Assembly (NCBI GenBank): GCA_964404205.1
Contig: CAYOJD010000001.1
Coordinates: forward strand, 7,652 to 71,651
From: an uncultured Prolixibacteraceae bacterium
Lineage (GTDB): Bacteria > Bacteroidota > Bacteroidia > Bacteroidales > Prolixibacteraceae
Reading direction: 5' to 3'
Length of the DNA stretch: 64,000 nucleotides
Shown: in pieces, positions 38,892 to 48,415 of the stretch
Layout: every line of letters starts with the position of its first letter
Numbering within the stretch: position 1 is the first letter of the stretch
The notes under the pieces: generated by a model
Seen by the model: the letters and a program-made list of their open reading frames with translations, nothing else
Database searches by the model: none
Told to the model about the DNA's origin: nothing
Program-made: the position numbers and the translations under genes

Positions 38892-40184
38892 ATGAAGGTA
38901 CTAATGTTTGGATGGGAATTCCCTCCACATATCAGCGGCGGACTCGGAACTGCCAGTTTTGGCCTCACCAAAGGGCTGGCTGAATTTCCCGATGTCGACG
39001 TCCTTTTTGTCGTACCCAAAGCTTATGGCGATGAAGACACAACTGCCGTAAAAACCATCATTGGTGCAAACGACATTACCATCACACGCCGAACAATCAA
39101 TATTCAGGATTCGGATAACCATTTCGATTACATGGAGGTCGAATCAAGCCTGTTGCCCTATTCATCGCCCGAAGAGTTTTGGAAACTGACACAGGAACGC
39201 GTTTCATCTCAAACCCGCTTTATTCAAACTGATGCTCAGGGTAAGATACCATTTAGCGGCAAATATGGCGAAAACCTTCTCGAAGAGATATCCAACTATG
39301 CCGTTGTAGCCGAATACATCGGGCGCGAATACGACTTCGATGTTATCCATGCGCACGACTGGCTGGCTTATCCTGCCGGGATTGCAGCCAAGCGTGTCAG
39401 TGGCAAACCTCTTGTCATTCATGTTCATGCCACCGATTTCGACCGTAGTGGAGGGAGCGTCAACCCCAAAGTATACGCCATCGAACGCGAAGGAATGGAG
39501 GTTGCCGATCAGATCATCACCGTTAGCAACTTGACAAAGAAGATTGTTATCGAAAAGTATGGCATCGATCCGGCAAAAATAACGACGGTTTACAATGCCG
39601 TTGAACCCATTCAGGAAAAAGAACGTGTTCCGGCACCCAAAGGAATCAACGAAAAGATAGTCACCTTTTTAGGCCGAATCACGATGCAGAAAGGCCCTGA
39701 ATATTTTATAGAAGCGGCTTACCAAGTACTTAAAAGAACAGACAATGTCAGGTTTGTAATGGCTGGCAGCGGCGATATGATGGAAAAAATGATCCGACGG
39801 GCAGCCTATCTGGGCATTACCAATAAATTTCATTTTACCGGATTCCTGAAAGGAGACGATGTTTTCGACATGTTCCGGATGAGCGATGTTTATGTAATGC
39901 CATCTGTTTCAGAACCATTTGGAATTTCGCCACTCGAAGCCATGATGACCGATGTTCCGGTTATCATATCCAAACAATCGGGCGTAGCCGAAATTCTGAC
40001 CCATGCCATAAAAGTCGATTTTTGGGACATCAATGCTATGGCAGATGCCATCTACGGGATCATCAAATATCCGGCACTGCCCGAAATGTTCAAGAAATTT
40101 GGCCGTGTCGAAGTCGATAGCCTGCAATGGAAGCAGTCAGCCCGCGAAGTGCGCGATGTCTATTTAAAAGCTTTGAAACAATAA
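38892..40184 (+). CDS. Glycosyltransferase family 4, putative alpha-glucan (glycogen) synthase
   Basis: N-terminal WEFPPHISGGLG and GT-B C-terminal motif SEPFGISPLEAM. 430 aa. Embedded in the glycogen gene cluster. Confidence 0.7.
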   Translation: MKVLMFGWEFPPHISGGLGTASFGLTKGLAEFPDVDVLFVVPKAYGDEDTTAVKTIIGANDITITRRTINIQDSDNHFDYMEVESSLLPYSSPEEFWKLTQERVSSQTRFIQTDAQGKIPFSGKYGENLLEEISNYAVVAEYIGREYDFDVIHAHDWLAYPAGIAAKRVSGKPLVIHVHATDFDRSGGSVNPKVYAIEREGMEVADQIITVSNLTKKIVIEKYGIDPAKITTVYNAVEPIQEKERVPAPKGINEKIVTFLGRITMQKGPEYFIEAAYQVLKRTDNVRFVMAGSGDMMEKMIRRAAYLGITNKFHFTGFLKGDDVFDMFRMSDVYVMPSVSEPFGISPLEAMMTDVPVIISKQSGVAEILTHAIKVDFWDINAMADAIYGIIKYPALPEMFKKFGRVEVDSLQWKQSAREVRDVYLKALKQ

Positions 40185-40202
40185 TAAAAAACATATCCAG
40201 CC

Positions 40203-41582
40203 ATGAAATCAGTTTGTTTAAACTTTCAGGTTCATCAACCTTTTCGTTACCGTAAATACCGTTTTTTCGATATTGGCAACGATGCCTATTATTACGACGA
40301 TTATGCCAACGAAACCATCATGCGGAAACTGGCCGTCAATTGCTATTTACCGGCCAACAAAATAATTCTTGACCAAATCAAGAAAAACAAAGGCAAATTC
40401 AAGGTCTCCTATTCAATCTCTGGAATAGCACTCGATCAGTTTAAGCTTTATGCACCCGAAGTTATCGACTCGTTTGCGCAACTTGCGGCAACCGGCCATG
40501 TTGAATTTGTTTCGGAAACCTACTCCAATTCGCTGGTGTCGCTGTCCGACGAACAACTCTTTAGGGAACAGGTCGAAGCACACGACAAGTTGATAGAACA
40601 ACTCTTCGGCCAAAAACCGAAAGTATTCAGAAATACAGAATTGATTTATTCCGACGAATTGGGAGATTTGATTTACCGGATGGGATTCGAAACCATTATG
40701 ACCGAAGGGGCCAAACATATTCTTGGATGGAAAAGCCCGAACTACATATACTGCAATGCACTTAACCCCAGGCAAAAAGTTCTGATGCGCAATTACCGCT
40801 TCAGCGACGATTTGTCATTCAGGTTTTCAAATCCGGCATGGAACGAATACCCACTCACGGCCGATAAGTTTGCCGGTTGGATGACCAGTACCCCCGAGAA
40901 TGAAGATGTAATCAATATTTTCATCAACTACGACACTTTTGGCGAGGTACAACCTAAACGCTCCGGAATTTTCGATTTCCTGAATGCTCTGCCCGGCGCA
41001 GTACTGAAAACCGGCAAGCTGGCTTTTGTCACCCCATCAGAAGCAGCCAAAAACTTCCAGCCCATTTCAGCCATGCATGTCCTTCACCCCATTTCGTGGG
41101 CTGACGAAGAACGCGACCTCTCGGCCTGGCTCGGAAACGAACTGCAAAAAGAGGCCTTCAATAACCTTTACGCACTGAAAGATCAGATTAAAAACTGCCA
41201 AAACGAGGTATTGCTGAAAGACTGGAACTACCTGCAGGCCAACAACCATCTTTATTACATGTGTACCAAGTTTTTCTCCGATGGCGAAGTGCACAAGTAC
41301 TACAATCCTTACACAAGCCCCTACGAAGCATTCATCAATTACATGAATGTTTTAAGCGATTTCACCATCCGGCTAAACAATGAAGTTCCCAAGAATGAAA
41401 CCCAGCAGGAGATTTCGAAGTTAAAGGAGATGATAGAAATCAAAACCAAAAAATTGGAAGAACGGGAACAGGAACTGAAGAAATTAAAAAAAGAGATAAA
41501 CTCATCAGCAAGTACTGAGGCCTCGACAAAGAAAACGGCCCCCAAACGCAGTGCCAAATCCGGAACAGCAAAGAGTGCCTGA
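40203..41582 (+). CDS. Glycoside hydrolase family 57 (alpha-amylase / branching-type) with a C-terminal coiled-coil plus basic tail
   Basis: N-terminal LNFQVHQPFRYR... and the HVEFVSETY block are typical of GH57. The last 67 aa are a Lys/Glu heptad-like stretch followed by an STKKTAPKRSAKSGTAKSA tail. Confidence 0.8.
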   Translation: MKSVCLNFQVHQPFRYRKYRFFDIGNDAYYYDDYANETIMRKLAVNCYLPANKIILDQIKKNKGKFKVSYSISGIALDQFKLYAPEVIDSFAQLAATGHVEFVSETYSNSLVSLSDEQLFREQVEAHDKLIEQLFGQKPKVFRNTELIYSDELGDLIYRMGFETIMTEGAKHILGWKSPNYIYCNALNPRQKVLMRNYRFSDDLSFRFSNPAWNEYPLTADKFAGWMTSTPENEDVINIFINYDTFGEVQPKRSGIFDFLNALPGAVLKTGKLAFVTPSEAAKNFQPISAMHVLHPISWADEERDLSAWLGNELQKEAFNNLYALKDQIKNCQNEVLLKDWNYLQANNHLYYMCTKFFSDGEVHKYYNPYTSPYEAFINYMNVLSDFTIRLNNEVPKNETQQEISKLKEMIEIKTKKLEEREQELKKLKKEINSSASTEASTKKTAPKRSAKSGTAKSA

Positions 41583-41686
41583 TGGCGTATCTTAACTATT
41601 TGTTAATGAAACATTAAAATTATTTGAATTTTATTCTCATTCCAATTCTGTTTAACAACATAAGGTAGATTACACTCCGAAAAGGG

Positions 41687-41694
41687 TACATTTG
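41687..41694 (+). promoter_or_regulatory. Candidate -7 promoter box (TAcaTTTG) upstream of the phosphorylase gene
   Basis: Perfect TAnnTTTG match, 56 nt upstream of the ATG at 41750. Confidence 0.4.
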
Positions 41695-41749
41695 CGGAAT
41701 GTGATAAGGGTAAATTGTACACTATCCGGCCACAGTAAAAAATAAAACA

Positions 41750-44344
41750 ATGGAAATAAAGGATTTAAATAGCGCACATTTGACTGAAAGCAGCAATCCC
41801 ATCTGGAAAAAGATAATTGTCGAATCGACAATGCCCAAAGAATTGACCCCGTTGCGCGAAATATCCCGCAACCTATGGTGGGTATGGAGCCCCGAAGCAC
41901 GTGCCCTTTTCAACGAAATTGATCCTGAAATATGGGAAGAATGTCAGCACAACCCAATCATTCTGCTCGAACAGACCAGTCTTGAGCGTTTCGAAACCCT
42001 GAAATCGGACGAGTCGTTTGTCCTTCGGATGAAAACAGTCGAAAGCCAGTTGCGCAAATACCTGAAAGAACGGGTTAAACTTCTTGGCCCGAAGATTGCC
42101 TATTTCAGCATGGAGTTTGGGCTTCATTCAAGCCTGAAGATCTACTCCGGCGGGCTTGGCGTGCTGGCTGGCGATTTCCTGAAAGAGGCCAGCGACTCGA
42201 AAGTCGACATGACAGGTGTAGGCCTGCTCTACCGCTACGGCTATTTCAAACAAGTTATTTCGAACAGCGGAGAACAGATTGCCCACTATGATGCAGAACA
42301 TTTCTCTAAACTTCCGATCCAGCCGGTGCTTGATAAAAATGGCGACTGGATAACCGTTTCGGTCGACCTTCCCGGAAGAACCGTCTTTATACATGTTTGG
42401 GTCGTCAACGTAGGGAATGTCAAACTCTATCTGTTGGATACCGATTTCGATGCCAACCAGGAACAGGATCGTTTTATCACCCATCATCTTTACGGCGGCG
42501 ACAACGAAAACCGCTTGAAACAGGAAATTGTTTTAGGTCTTGGCGGTATCAGAGCGCTCGAAAAAATTGGAGTGCAATCCGATATCTATCACTGTAATGA
42601 GGGTCATGCTGCTTTTATCAGCCTCGAGCGCATCTGGAACCTTATCAGCCAAAAGGAGCTCAACTTTGCCGAGGCTAAAGAGATGGTAAGGGCCTCAACC
42701 CTCTTCACCACGCACACTCCCGTGCCTGCCGGCCACGATGCTTTCCCCGATGATTTATTCAAACTGTATATGGGTAAAATGGCCGACAGATTGGAAATAT
42801 CGCAATCCGATTTGCTTATACTTGGTAAGGCAAGTGCTTCAGAAGGTAAGTTCAATATGAGCTATCTGGCGGCCAATCTTTCTCAGGAGATAAACGGCGT
42901 TAGTAAACTTCACGGCGATGTAAGCAAAGAACTGTTGTCTGATCTCTACAAAGGATTTATGCCTGAAGAGCTCGAAAATATTGGTTATGTTACCAATGGG
43001 GTACACTACCCTACCTGGGCAGCCACCGAATGGAAAGAGATTCACGATAACTGCCTTGACTCGGAAGAACTTGCAACCGACATCCACGATTATGATGCCG
43101 ATTCGGAAATGCGGGCGTGGAGAAATATATACAAAGTTCAGGATAAGCTTATATGGGAAACCAAGTCGAAATTGCGCGAAAAAATGATCGAATTTATCAA
43201 ACAGCGATCGACAGATACCCACATTCTTCGAAACGAGAACCCCAAATATATCGCGGAAGTGTTTTCCAAAATCAATCCGAAAGCATTGACCATTGGCTTT
43301 GCCCGCCGTTTTGCAACCTATAAGCGTGCCCATCTGCTCTTCCGCGACCTGGCCCGTCTCTCCAGAATTGTCAATAATCCCGACAAGCCGGTTCAATTTC
43401 TCTTTGCCGGGAAAGCACATCCGGCTGATAAAGCAGGCCAGGATTTGATAAAATATATTATTGACATTTCGAAGCGCCCTGAATTCATCGGCAAAATCCT
43501 CTTTATCCACAACTACGACATGAATATCGGTAAGATGCTGGTGCAGGGTTGCGATGTATGGATGAACACACCCACCCGACCGTTGGAAGCCTCTGGGACT
43601 TCGGGCGAAAAAGGGGTGATGAACGGCACTTTGCATTTCTCTGTCCTCGACGGCTGGTGGGTCGAAGGATACAAACAGGATGCAGGGTGGGCCTTACCGC
43701 TCGAACAGTCGTTCGATATCCAGGAGCTTCAGGATGAACTGGATGCCGAAGCCATATACAGTATCCTCGAAAATGAAATCGTTCCGGCTTATTACTACCG
43801 CAACGACAAAAACATCCCGGTACTTTGGGTCGACTTTATCAAAAATACTTTTGCTGAAGTGGCACCGCAGTTTACCACCAAGAGGATGATGAAAGACTAT
43901 TTCCAACGCTATTATATCCCTCAGGCTGAACGTACGGAAAAGTTGAAAGCCAATGGTTACACAAAAGCCAAAGAGATTGCAAAATGGAAGCAGAAGGTGT
44001 TGAACGTTTGGGAGCAAATTGAGGTCGTGAATGTTAATCTTTCCGATGGGATTACCAATACCTATAAAATGGGACAGGAATATCCATCGCGCATAACACT
44101 CGATATTAAAGAGTTGAAAGCAGAGGAAATTGGAGTTGAACTAATTTTGGTTACCGGCGACGACCAACCCGAGTTTGTACAGCGGTTCGAGTTTTCGCCT
44201 GAAAAAACTGAAAATGGGTTAACCCACTATTCACTCGACCTGAAACTCACCAAACCAGGTTCATACAATTATGGATTGCGCATTTTTGCCAAACATCCCG
44301 AATTGCCCAACCGTCAGGATTTCAAATATCTGAAATGGGTATAA
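41750..44344 (+). CDS. glgP: Alpha-glucan phosphorylase (GT35, DUF3417-containing type)
   Basis: 864 aa. N-terminal NLWWVWSPEA (DUF3417-like) and the PLP-lysine block EASGTSGEKGVMNG. Confidence 0.85.
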   Translation: MEIKDLNSAHLTESSNPIWKKIIVESTMPKELTPLREISRNLWWVWSPEARALFNEIDPEIWEECQHNPIILLEQTSLERFETLKSDESFVLRMKTVESQLRKYLKERVKLLGPKIAYFSMEFGLHSSLKIYSGGLGVLAGDFLKEASDSKVDMTGVGLLYRYGYFKQVISNSGEQIAHYDAEHFSKLPIQPVLDKNGDWITVSVDLPGRTVFIHVWVVNVGNVKLYLLDTDFDANQEQDRFITHHLYGGDNENRLKQEIVLGLGGIRALEKIGVQSDIYHCNEGHAAFISLERIWNLISQKELNFAEAKEMVRASTLFTTHTPVPAGHDAFPDDLFKLYMGKMADRLEISQSDLLILGKASASEGKFNMSYLAANLSQEINGVSKLHGDVSKELLSDLYKGFMPEELENIGYVTNGVHYPTWAATEWKEIHDNCLDSEELATDIHDYDADSEMRAWRNIYKVQDKLIWETKSKLREKMIEFIKQRSTDTHILRNENPKYIAEVFSKINPKALTIGFARRFATYKRAHLLFRDLARLSRIVNNPDKPVQFLFAGKAHPADKAGQDLIKYIIDISKRPEFIGKILFIHNYDMNIGKMLVQGCDVWMNTPTRPLEASGTSGEKGVMNGTLHFSVLDGWWVEGYKQDAGWALPLEQSFDIQELQDELDAEAIYSILENEIVPAYYYRNDKNIPVLWVDFIKNTFAEVAPQFTTKRMMKDYFQRYYIPQAERTEKLKANGYTKAKEIAKWKQKVLNVWEQIEVVNVNLSDGITNTYKMGQEYPSRITLDIKELKAEEIGVELILVTGDDQPEFVQRFEFSPEKTENGLTHYSLDLKLTKPGSYNYGLRIFAKHPELPNRQDFKYLKWV

Positions 44345-44360
44345 CCGTGATGAACAATGA

Positions 44361-44402
44361 TAACAAAGGGGCGGAAATTTAGTTTTTTCCGCCCCTTTGT
44401 TA
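44361..44402. terminator. Bidirectional intrinsic terminator between glgP and the LytTR regulator
   Basis: Perfect 17-bp arms TAACAAAGGGGCGGAAA (44361-44377) and TTTCCGCCCCTTTGTTA (44386-44402) with an 8-nt T-rich loop. It lies between convergent stops at 44344 and 44419. Confidence 0.75.
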
Positions 44403-44418
44403 TCGCTGAGATATTTGC

Positions 44419-45174
44419 CTATAACTTATTGTTCAGAATCTTATTCAATAAATCTTCTTTGTGCTTTGGCGAAACTTTAAGCTGTTCGCCCGTTTTCAGT
44501 TCTACCATTCCACCATTCGACTTGAGATAACGCACAACGTTTACAATATTGACCAAATGGCTTCGGTGAATCCTCACAAAACCAAGAGGTACGAGCAGGT
44601 TTTCGAATTCGAGCAATGTCCGGCTCACAACTTTTGCCTCTGCGTCACGGAAGATAATCTTCGTATAGTTTCGCATCCCTTCGCAGCGAACAATATCGTT
44701 GACACGTATGATGGCAAAGCCATTCTGCTCAGGTAATGCAATGGTTTTAGGCCCATCATCGGGAACCGACAACAAATTTTCTTTCAGAGATTTCACACTT
44801 CCCTTATTTTCAATTTTCTTTATCTGCGGAATCCTGGAAATAGCCTTCGACAGCTCGTCAATATTAAGTGGCTTAACAATATAGTCAAATGCAGAGTATT
44901 TAAAAGCCTTGATGGCATATTCACTGTAAGCGGTAATGAAAATGATTTTAAAGTCGACCTTTTTGACTTTGTCCAACAAATCGAACCCCGTTCCGTCAGG
45001 AAGGCTGATGTCGAGTAAAACAAGTTCGGGTTCAGTCTTTTCAATCAGATCAACACCTTCCTGAACTGAAGCCGCCTCGCCAACCAAATCGATATTATTC
45101 AAAAATTTCTCAAGCAATTCCTTAAGTATCATTCTTGAAACATAATCGTCGTCAATTATAACCGTTTTTAACAT
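44419..45174 (-). CDS. LytTR-family two-component response regulator
   Basis: Receiver domain (IIDDD, LLDISLPDG, YIVKP) followed by a LytTR DNA-binding domain (FVRIHRSHLVN). The first ATG is at 45174; the track TTG start is at 45189. Confidence 0.85.
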   Translation of the reverse strand: MLKTVIIDDDYVSRMILKELLEKFLNNIDLVGEAASVQEGVDLIEKTEPELVLLDISLPDGTGFDLLDKVKKVDFKIIFITAYSEYAIKAFKYSAFDYIVKPLNIDELSKAISRIPQIKKIENKGSVKSLKENLLSVPDDGPKTIALPEQNGFAIIRVNDIVRCEGMRNYTKIIFRDAEAKVVSRTLLEFENLLVPLGFVRIHRSHLVNIVNVVRYLKSNGGMVELKTGEQLKVSPKHKEDLLNKILNNKL

Positions 45175-45205
45175 AGTGCATATTTTCAAACTACCATTCG
45201 ACCCC

Positions 45206-45213
45206 CAAAATTA
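45206..45213 (-). promoter_or_regulatory. Candidate -7 promoter box (TAatTTTG on the minus strand) upstream of the LytTR regulator
   Basis: The plus strand reads CAAAATTA, a perfect match on the minus strand, 32 nt upstream of the ATG at 45174. Confidence 0.4.
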
Positions 45214-45435
45214 GTAAACATAAACATTTTGATGTCATGCTTTTGTACCTATGTAACAAACTGTTCAAAAAAATGATTGAATCTTTTGCATTTTTTTTGA
45301 AATTTATTCGGAATTAATAAAAATAAGGCAATAAAGGGTTGGCAAAACAGCATTCCTCAGCCCTGCTCGTTTAGCTGTGATACAGGTTAATGATTCAAAT
45401 TTCATCTAATTTTCCCATCTTTGCGAAAAAAGGAG

Positions 45436-46159
45436 ATGGCAACAATCTTAAATATTGATACCTCAACAGAAGTCTGTTCTGTCTCGCTGGGAAAGGATGG
45501 AATTTCTGTCGCCCTTCGCGAAGATCATGCTGGAAAGAACCACGCCATGCAACTCACCCTTTTTATCGATGAGCTTCTTCAACAAAAGGGAATATCAATG
45601 CACGACATTGATGCCGTTGCCGTTTCGGGCGGACCGGGTTCGTACACCGGTTTGCGCATCGGTGTATCAACAGCCAAAGGAATTTGCTATGCATCCGGAA
45701 AGCCGCTGATAGCCATTCCTTCGCTCGAAGCCATGGCCCACCATGTGATTTCCAATTCTGCCCGATACCATCTTCCGGATGAAGCATCAATGCTCTTTTG
45801 CCCAATGATTGATGCCCGCAGAATGGAAGTTTACACCGCAGTTTATAACGCCAAAGGAGAGCAAATCCAAAAAATCAGCGCCGACATCATCGACCATCAA
45901 TCGTTCGAAGAGCAGCTGAAAACAGATAAAGTGGCCTTTTTTGGAAACGGTTCAGCCAAGTGCAGCAGCCATTGGTCACGAGAACGCCCTCTTCGTAGCC
46001 GATGTACATACTTCTGCCGCTTACATCGCCCCACTGGCCGAAAAAGCTTATTCCGAAAAAAGGTTTGTCGATACAGCCTATTACGAACCCTATTATCTGA
46101 AAGATTTTGTAGCCACCGTTCCCACCAAAAATATTATCCATACAGGCCAGAACCTGTAA
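45436..46159 (+). pseudogene. tsaB: tRNA t6A37 biosynthesis protein TsaB, interrupted by a frameshift near 45961-45966
   Basis: Frame 1 from ATG 45436 gives a normal TsaB N-terminus (GGPGSYTGLRIG ... FFGNGSAKC), then a Cys/Arg/Ser-rich out-of-frame-looking tail to 46227. The +1 frame from about 45962 reads AAAIGHENALFVADVHTSAAYIAPLAEKAYSEKRFVDTAYYEPYYLKDF, a normal TsaB C-terminus, stopping at 46159. Confidence 0.75.
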
Positions 46160-46177
46160 TAACGGAGCAACCACCTG

Positions 46178-47479
46178 ATGAAAAAAGTGCTGATAATAAC
46201 CTATTACTGGCCACCGGGCGGAGGTAGCGGCGTGAGGCGCTGGCTTAATTTCTCCAATCTTCTGCATCAGCACAACTGGCAACCAGTTATTTTCAGGCCA
46301 ACAAATGCCGAATATCCATCTACGGACGAAAGTTTGCTTCGCGATATCCATCCTGATACCGAGATTGTGGGCTGCCTTATCACCGAACCATACCAGCTTT
46401 ATGCCAAATTTATAGGCCGAAAGGGAAACGCCGTAAAACCAGGGGTTCTGTTTCAGGATGCCAAGCCTGGCTTCAAGGAGAAACTATCGGTTTGGGTACG
46501 AAGCAATTTTTTTATTCCCGATGCCAAAATGCTTTGGATTAGGCCGGCAAATAAATGGCTTACCCGTTATCTAAAAGAAAATCCTGTCGATTTGGTTGTC
46601 AGTACCGGACCACCGCATACCACCCATCTGATTGCCATGAAAGTGGCCAACCGTTTCGGGATTCCGTGGATAGCCGACTTCCGTGACCCCTGGACCGAAA
46701 TCGATTTCTTCCATCAATTGAAATTGACCCGCCTAACGCTTTGGCAACATAAACGACTTGAACATCGCGTTTTGACTCAAAGTACGGCGCAGCTAACTGT
46801 CAGCCAAAGCTGGGGCCGTGATTTAGCCCGACTGGGTGCCCGTAATGTACACGTGATAACCAACGGTTTCGACGAAGCTAATTTTAGTTCACATCAAGTC
46901 AGTCTTGACCGACAGTTTACCATTACTCATCTCGGCTCGATCAACAACGATCGCAATCAAACGCCATTCTGGCAGGCATTACGCGAACTAATTGACGAAA
47001 ATCCTCAATTGGGCGAAAAGCTATCCATTAAGATGATTGGCGATTTGGTCGATGCCGTCAAAAAAGATATCGGGAAATATAATCTGGACCCATTTTGTCA
47101 GTTTATTCCTTTCATGAACCACGATGATGCCATGAAAGCTATTGCATCGTCGCGCGTGCTCTATTTGCCGCTGAACAACACACCCAATGTAAACGGGATT
47201 ATCCCGGGAAAGGTTTTTGAATATCTTGCTGTAAAACGGCCCATTCTGGCCATTGGACCGACCGATGGCGATACCGCAGCTGTTCTCAACGAAGCATCGA
47301 ACGGGGTGGTATGCAATTTTGGCGATAAAACCAAAATGAAAGAGGCGCTGCTAATGTTGTTCCACCAATACGAACAAGGGATCGATCGTATCGAAAGTGA
47401 CAACTATAAAAAATTCTCGCGCAGCGGATTGACCCAAAAACTGGTCGTATTAATGGAAACCCTGTCATCGGTTAAATAA
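46178..47479 (+). CDS. Glycosyltransferase family 4 (group 1)
   Basis: N-terminal KVLIITYYWPPGGGSG and GT-B-type C-terminal half. 433 aa. Starts 18 nt after the in-frame tsaB stop. Confidence 0.7.
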   Translation: MKKVLIITYYWPPGGGSGVRRWLNFSNLLHQHNWQPVIFRPTNAEYPSTDESLLRDIHPDTEIVGCLITEPYQLYAKFIGRKGNAVKPGVLFQDAKPGFKEKLSVWVRSNFFIPDAKMLWIRPANKWLTRYLKENPVDLVVSTGPPHTTHLIAMKVANRFGIPWIADFRDPWTEIDFFHQLKLTRLTLWQHKRLEHRVLTQSTAQLTVSQSWGRDLARLGARNVHVITNGFDEANFSSHQVSLDRQFTITHLGSINNDRNQTPFWQALRELIDENPQLGEKLSIKMIGDLVDAVKKDIGKYNLDPFCQFIPFMNHDDAMKAIASSRVLYLPLNNTPNVNGIIPGKVFEYLAVKRPILAIGPTDGDTAAVLNEASNGVVCNFGDKTKMKEALLMLFHQYEQGIDRIESDNYKKFSRSGLTQKLVVLMETLSSVK

Positions 47480-47496
47480 ATGAGTTTACACCCAAA

Positions 47497-48402
47497 ATGA
47501 AAACGGTAACTGTCATTATTACAACTTATAACGCTGAAAAAACCATCAGACGTGCCCTCGATTCGCTGGTTACCCAACATGGCTGTAACGAGCAGTTTTT
47601 GCTAGAGGTTATTGTTGTCGATGACTGCTCAACCGATTCGACCATCGAAATTGCAGTTCAATATCCGGTTAAAATTCTTTCTACCGGAAAGAATAGCGGT
47701 GGCCCAAACCGAGGCCGCAACCTTGGCCTACAACAGGCAAGCGGCAACTACATTTGTCTGATGGACCACGACGACGAATGGTTTCCCCACAGAGTTGAAT
47801 CGCAGCTTCGTTGGACAGCTGAAGCTCCAATTGTTACCTGTGGCTATACAATTGCCGATAAAAATGGAAACGAAAATATTCGCTCAGCCAGTCACCCCGA
47901 TGGGTATCGCACATTTGCAACCAATGAAACTTTTCGCGATAAACTGGCCCGACGCAACGACCGCCAGAACTGTTATCTGGGCACCATCTTATTCGACAGT
48001 AAACTTAAAAACATCCTTTTCGAGGAAGAATATGGTCAGCTCGACTGGGATTGGATTTTACGCCTATTCCATCAAAATCCCACTGTCGAAGTTTGCCAAA
48101 GCCTCTACCGACGCCATGTGGATGGGGCCAATCTTTCGCTCGACCGCAACTACCGCCTTCGCGATTATCAGTTTTCCATCAGACTATTAAACCAGTATCA
48201 GGTTGATTATCCAACCGAAACAGGCCTGGGCCGAAAGAGGGTCAATGGAACCTTAGCCCGCTATTTTTACCTGACAGGCGAAATGAAAGAGGCCCGGAAG
48301 TATTTCCTGAAATCGGCTTGCAACCTGAAAACAATACTTTTCTACCTGACTACTTTTGCCGGACATTCGTACATCCGCCGAAAATTTCATTTCTTTGGAT
48401 AA
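47497..48402 (+). CDS. Glycosyltransferase family 2
   Basis: VIITTYNAEKTIRRALDSL, VVDDCSTD and the DxD-type block MDHDDEW. 301 aa. Confidence 0.8.
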   Translation: MKTVTVIITTYNAEKTIRRALDSLVTQHGCNEQFLLEVIVVDDCSTDSTIEIAVQYPVKILSTGKNSGGPNRGRNLGLQQASGNYICLMDHDDEWFPHRVESQLRWTAEAPIVTCGYTIADKNGNENIRSASHPDGYRTFATNETFRDKLARRNDRQNCYLGTILFDSKLKNILFEEEYGQLDWDWILRLFHQNPTVEVCQSLYRRHVDGANLSLDRNYRLRDYQFSIRLLNQYQVDYPTETGLGRKRVNGTLARYFYLTGEMKEARKYFLKSACNLKTILFYLTTFAGHSYIRRKFHFFG

Positions 48403-48415
48403 GAATGCTACTCGT

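Noticed and set aside
45421-46227. Track ORF giving a 268-aa TsaB with a long C-terminal extension
   Set aside because: The last 90 or so residues are Cys/Arg/Ser-rich and overlap the next gene. The genuine TsaB C-terminus is readable in the +1 frame (45941-46159). I interpret this as a frameshift, not a novel fusion.
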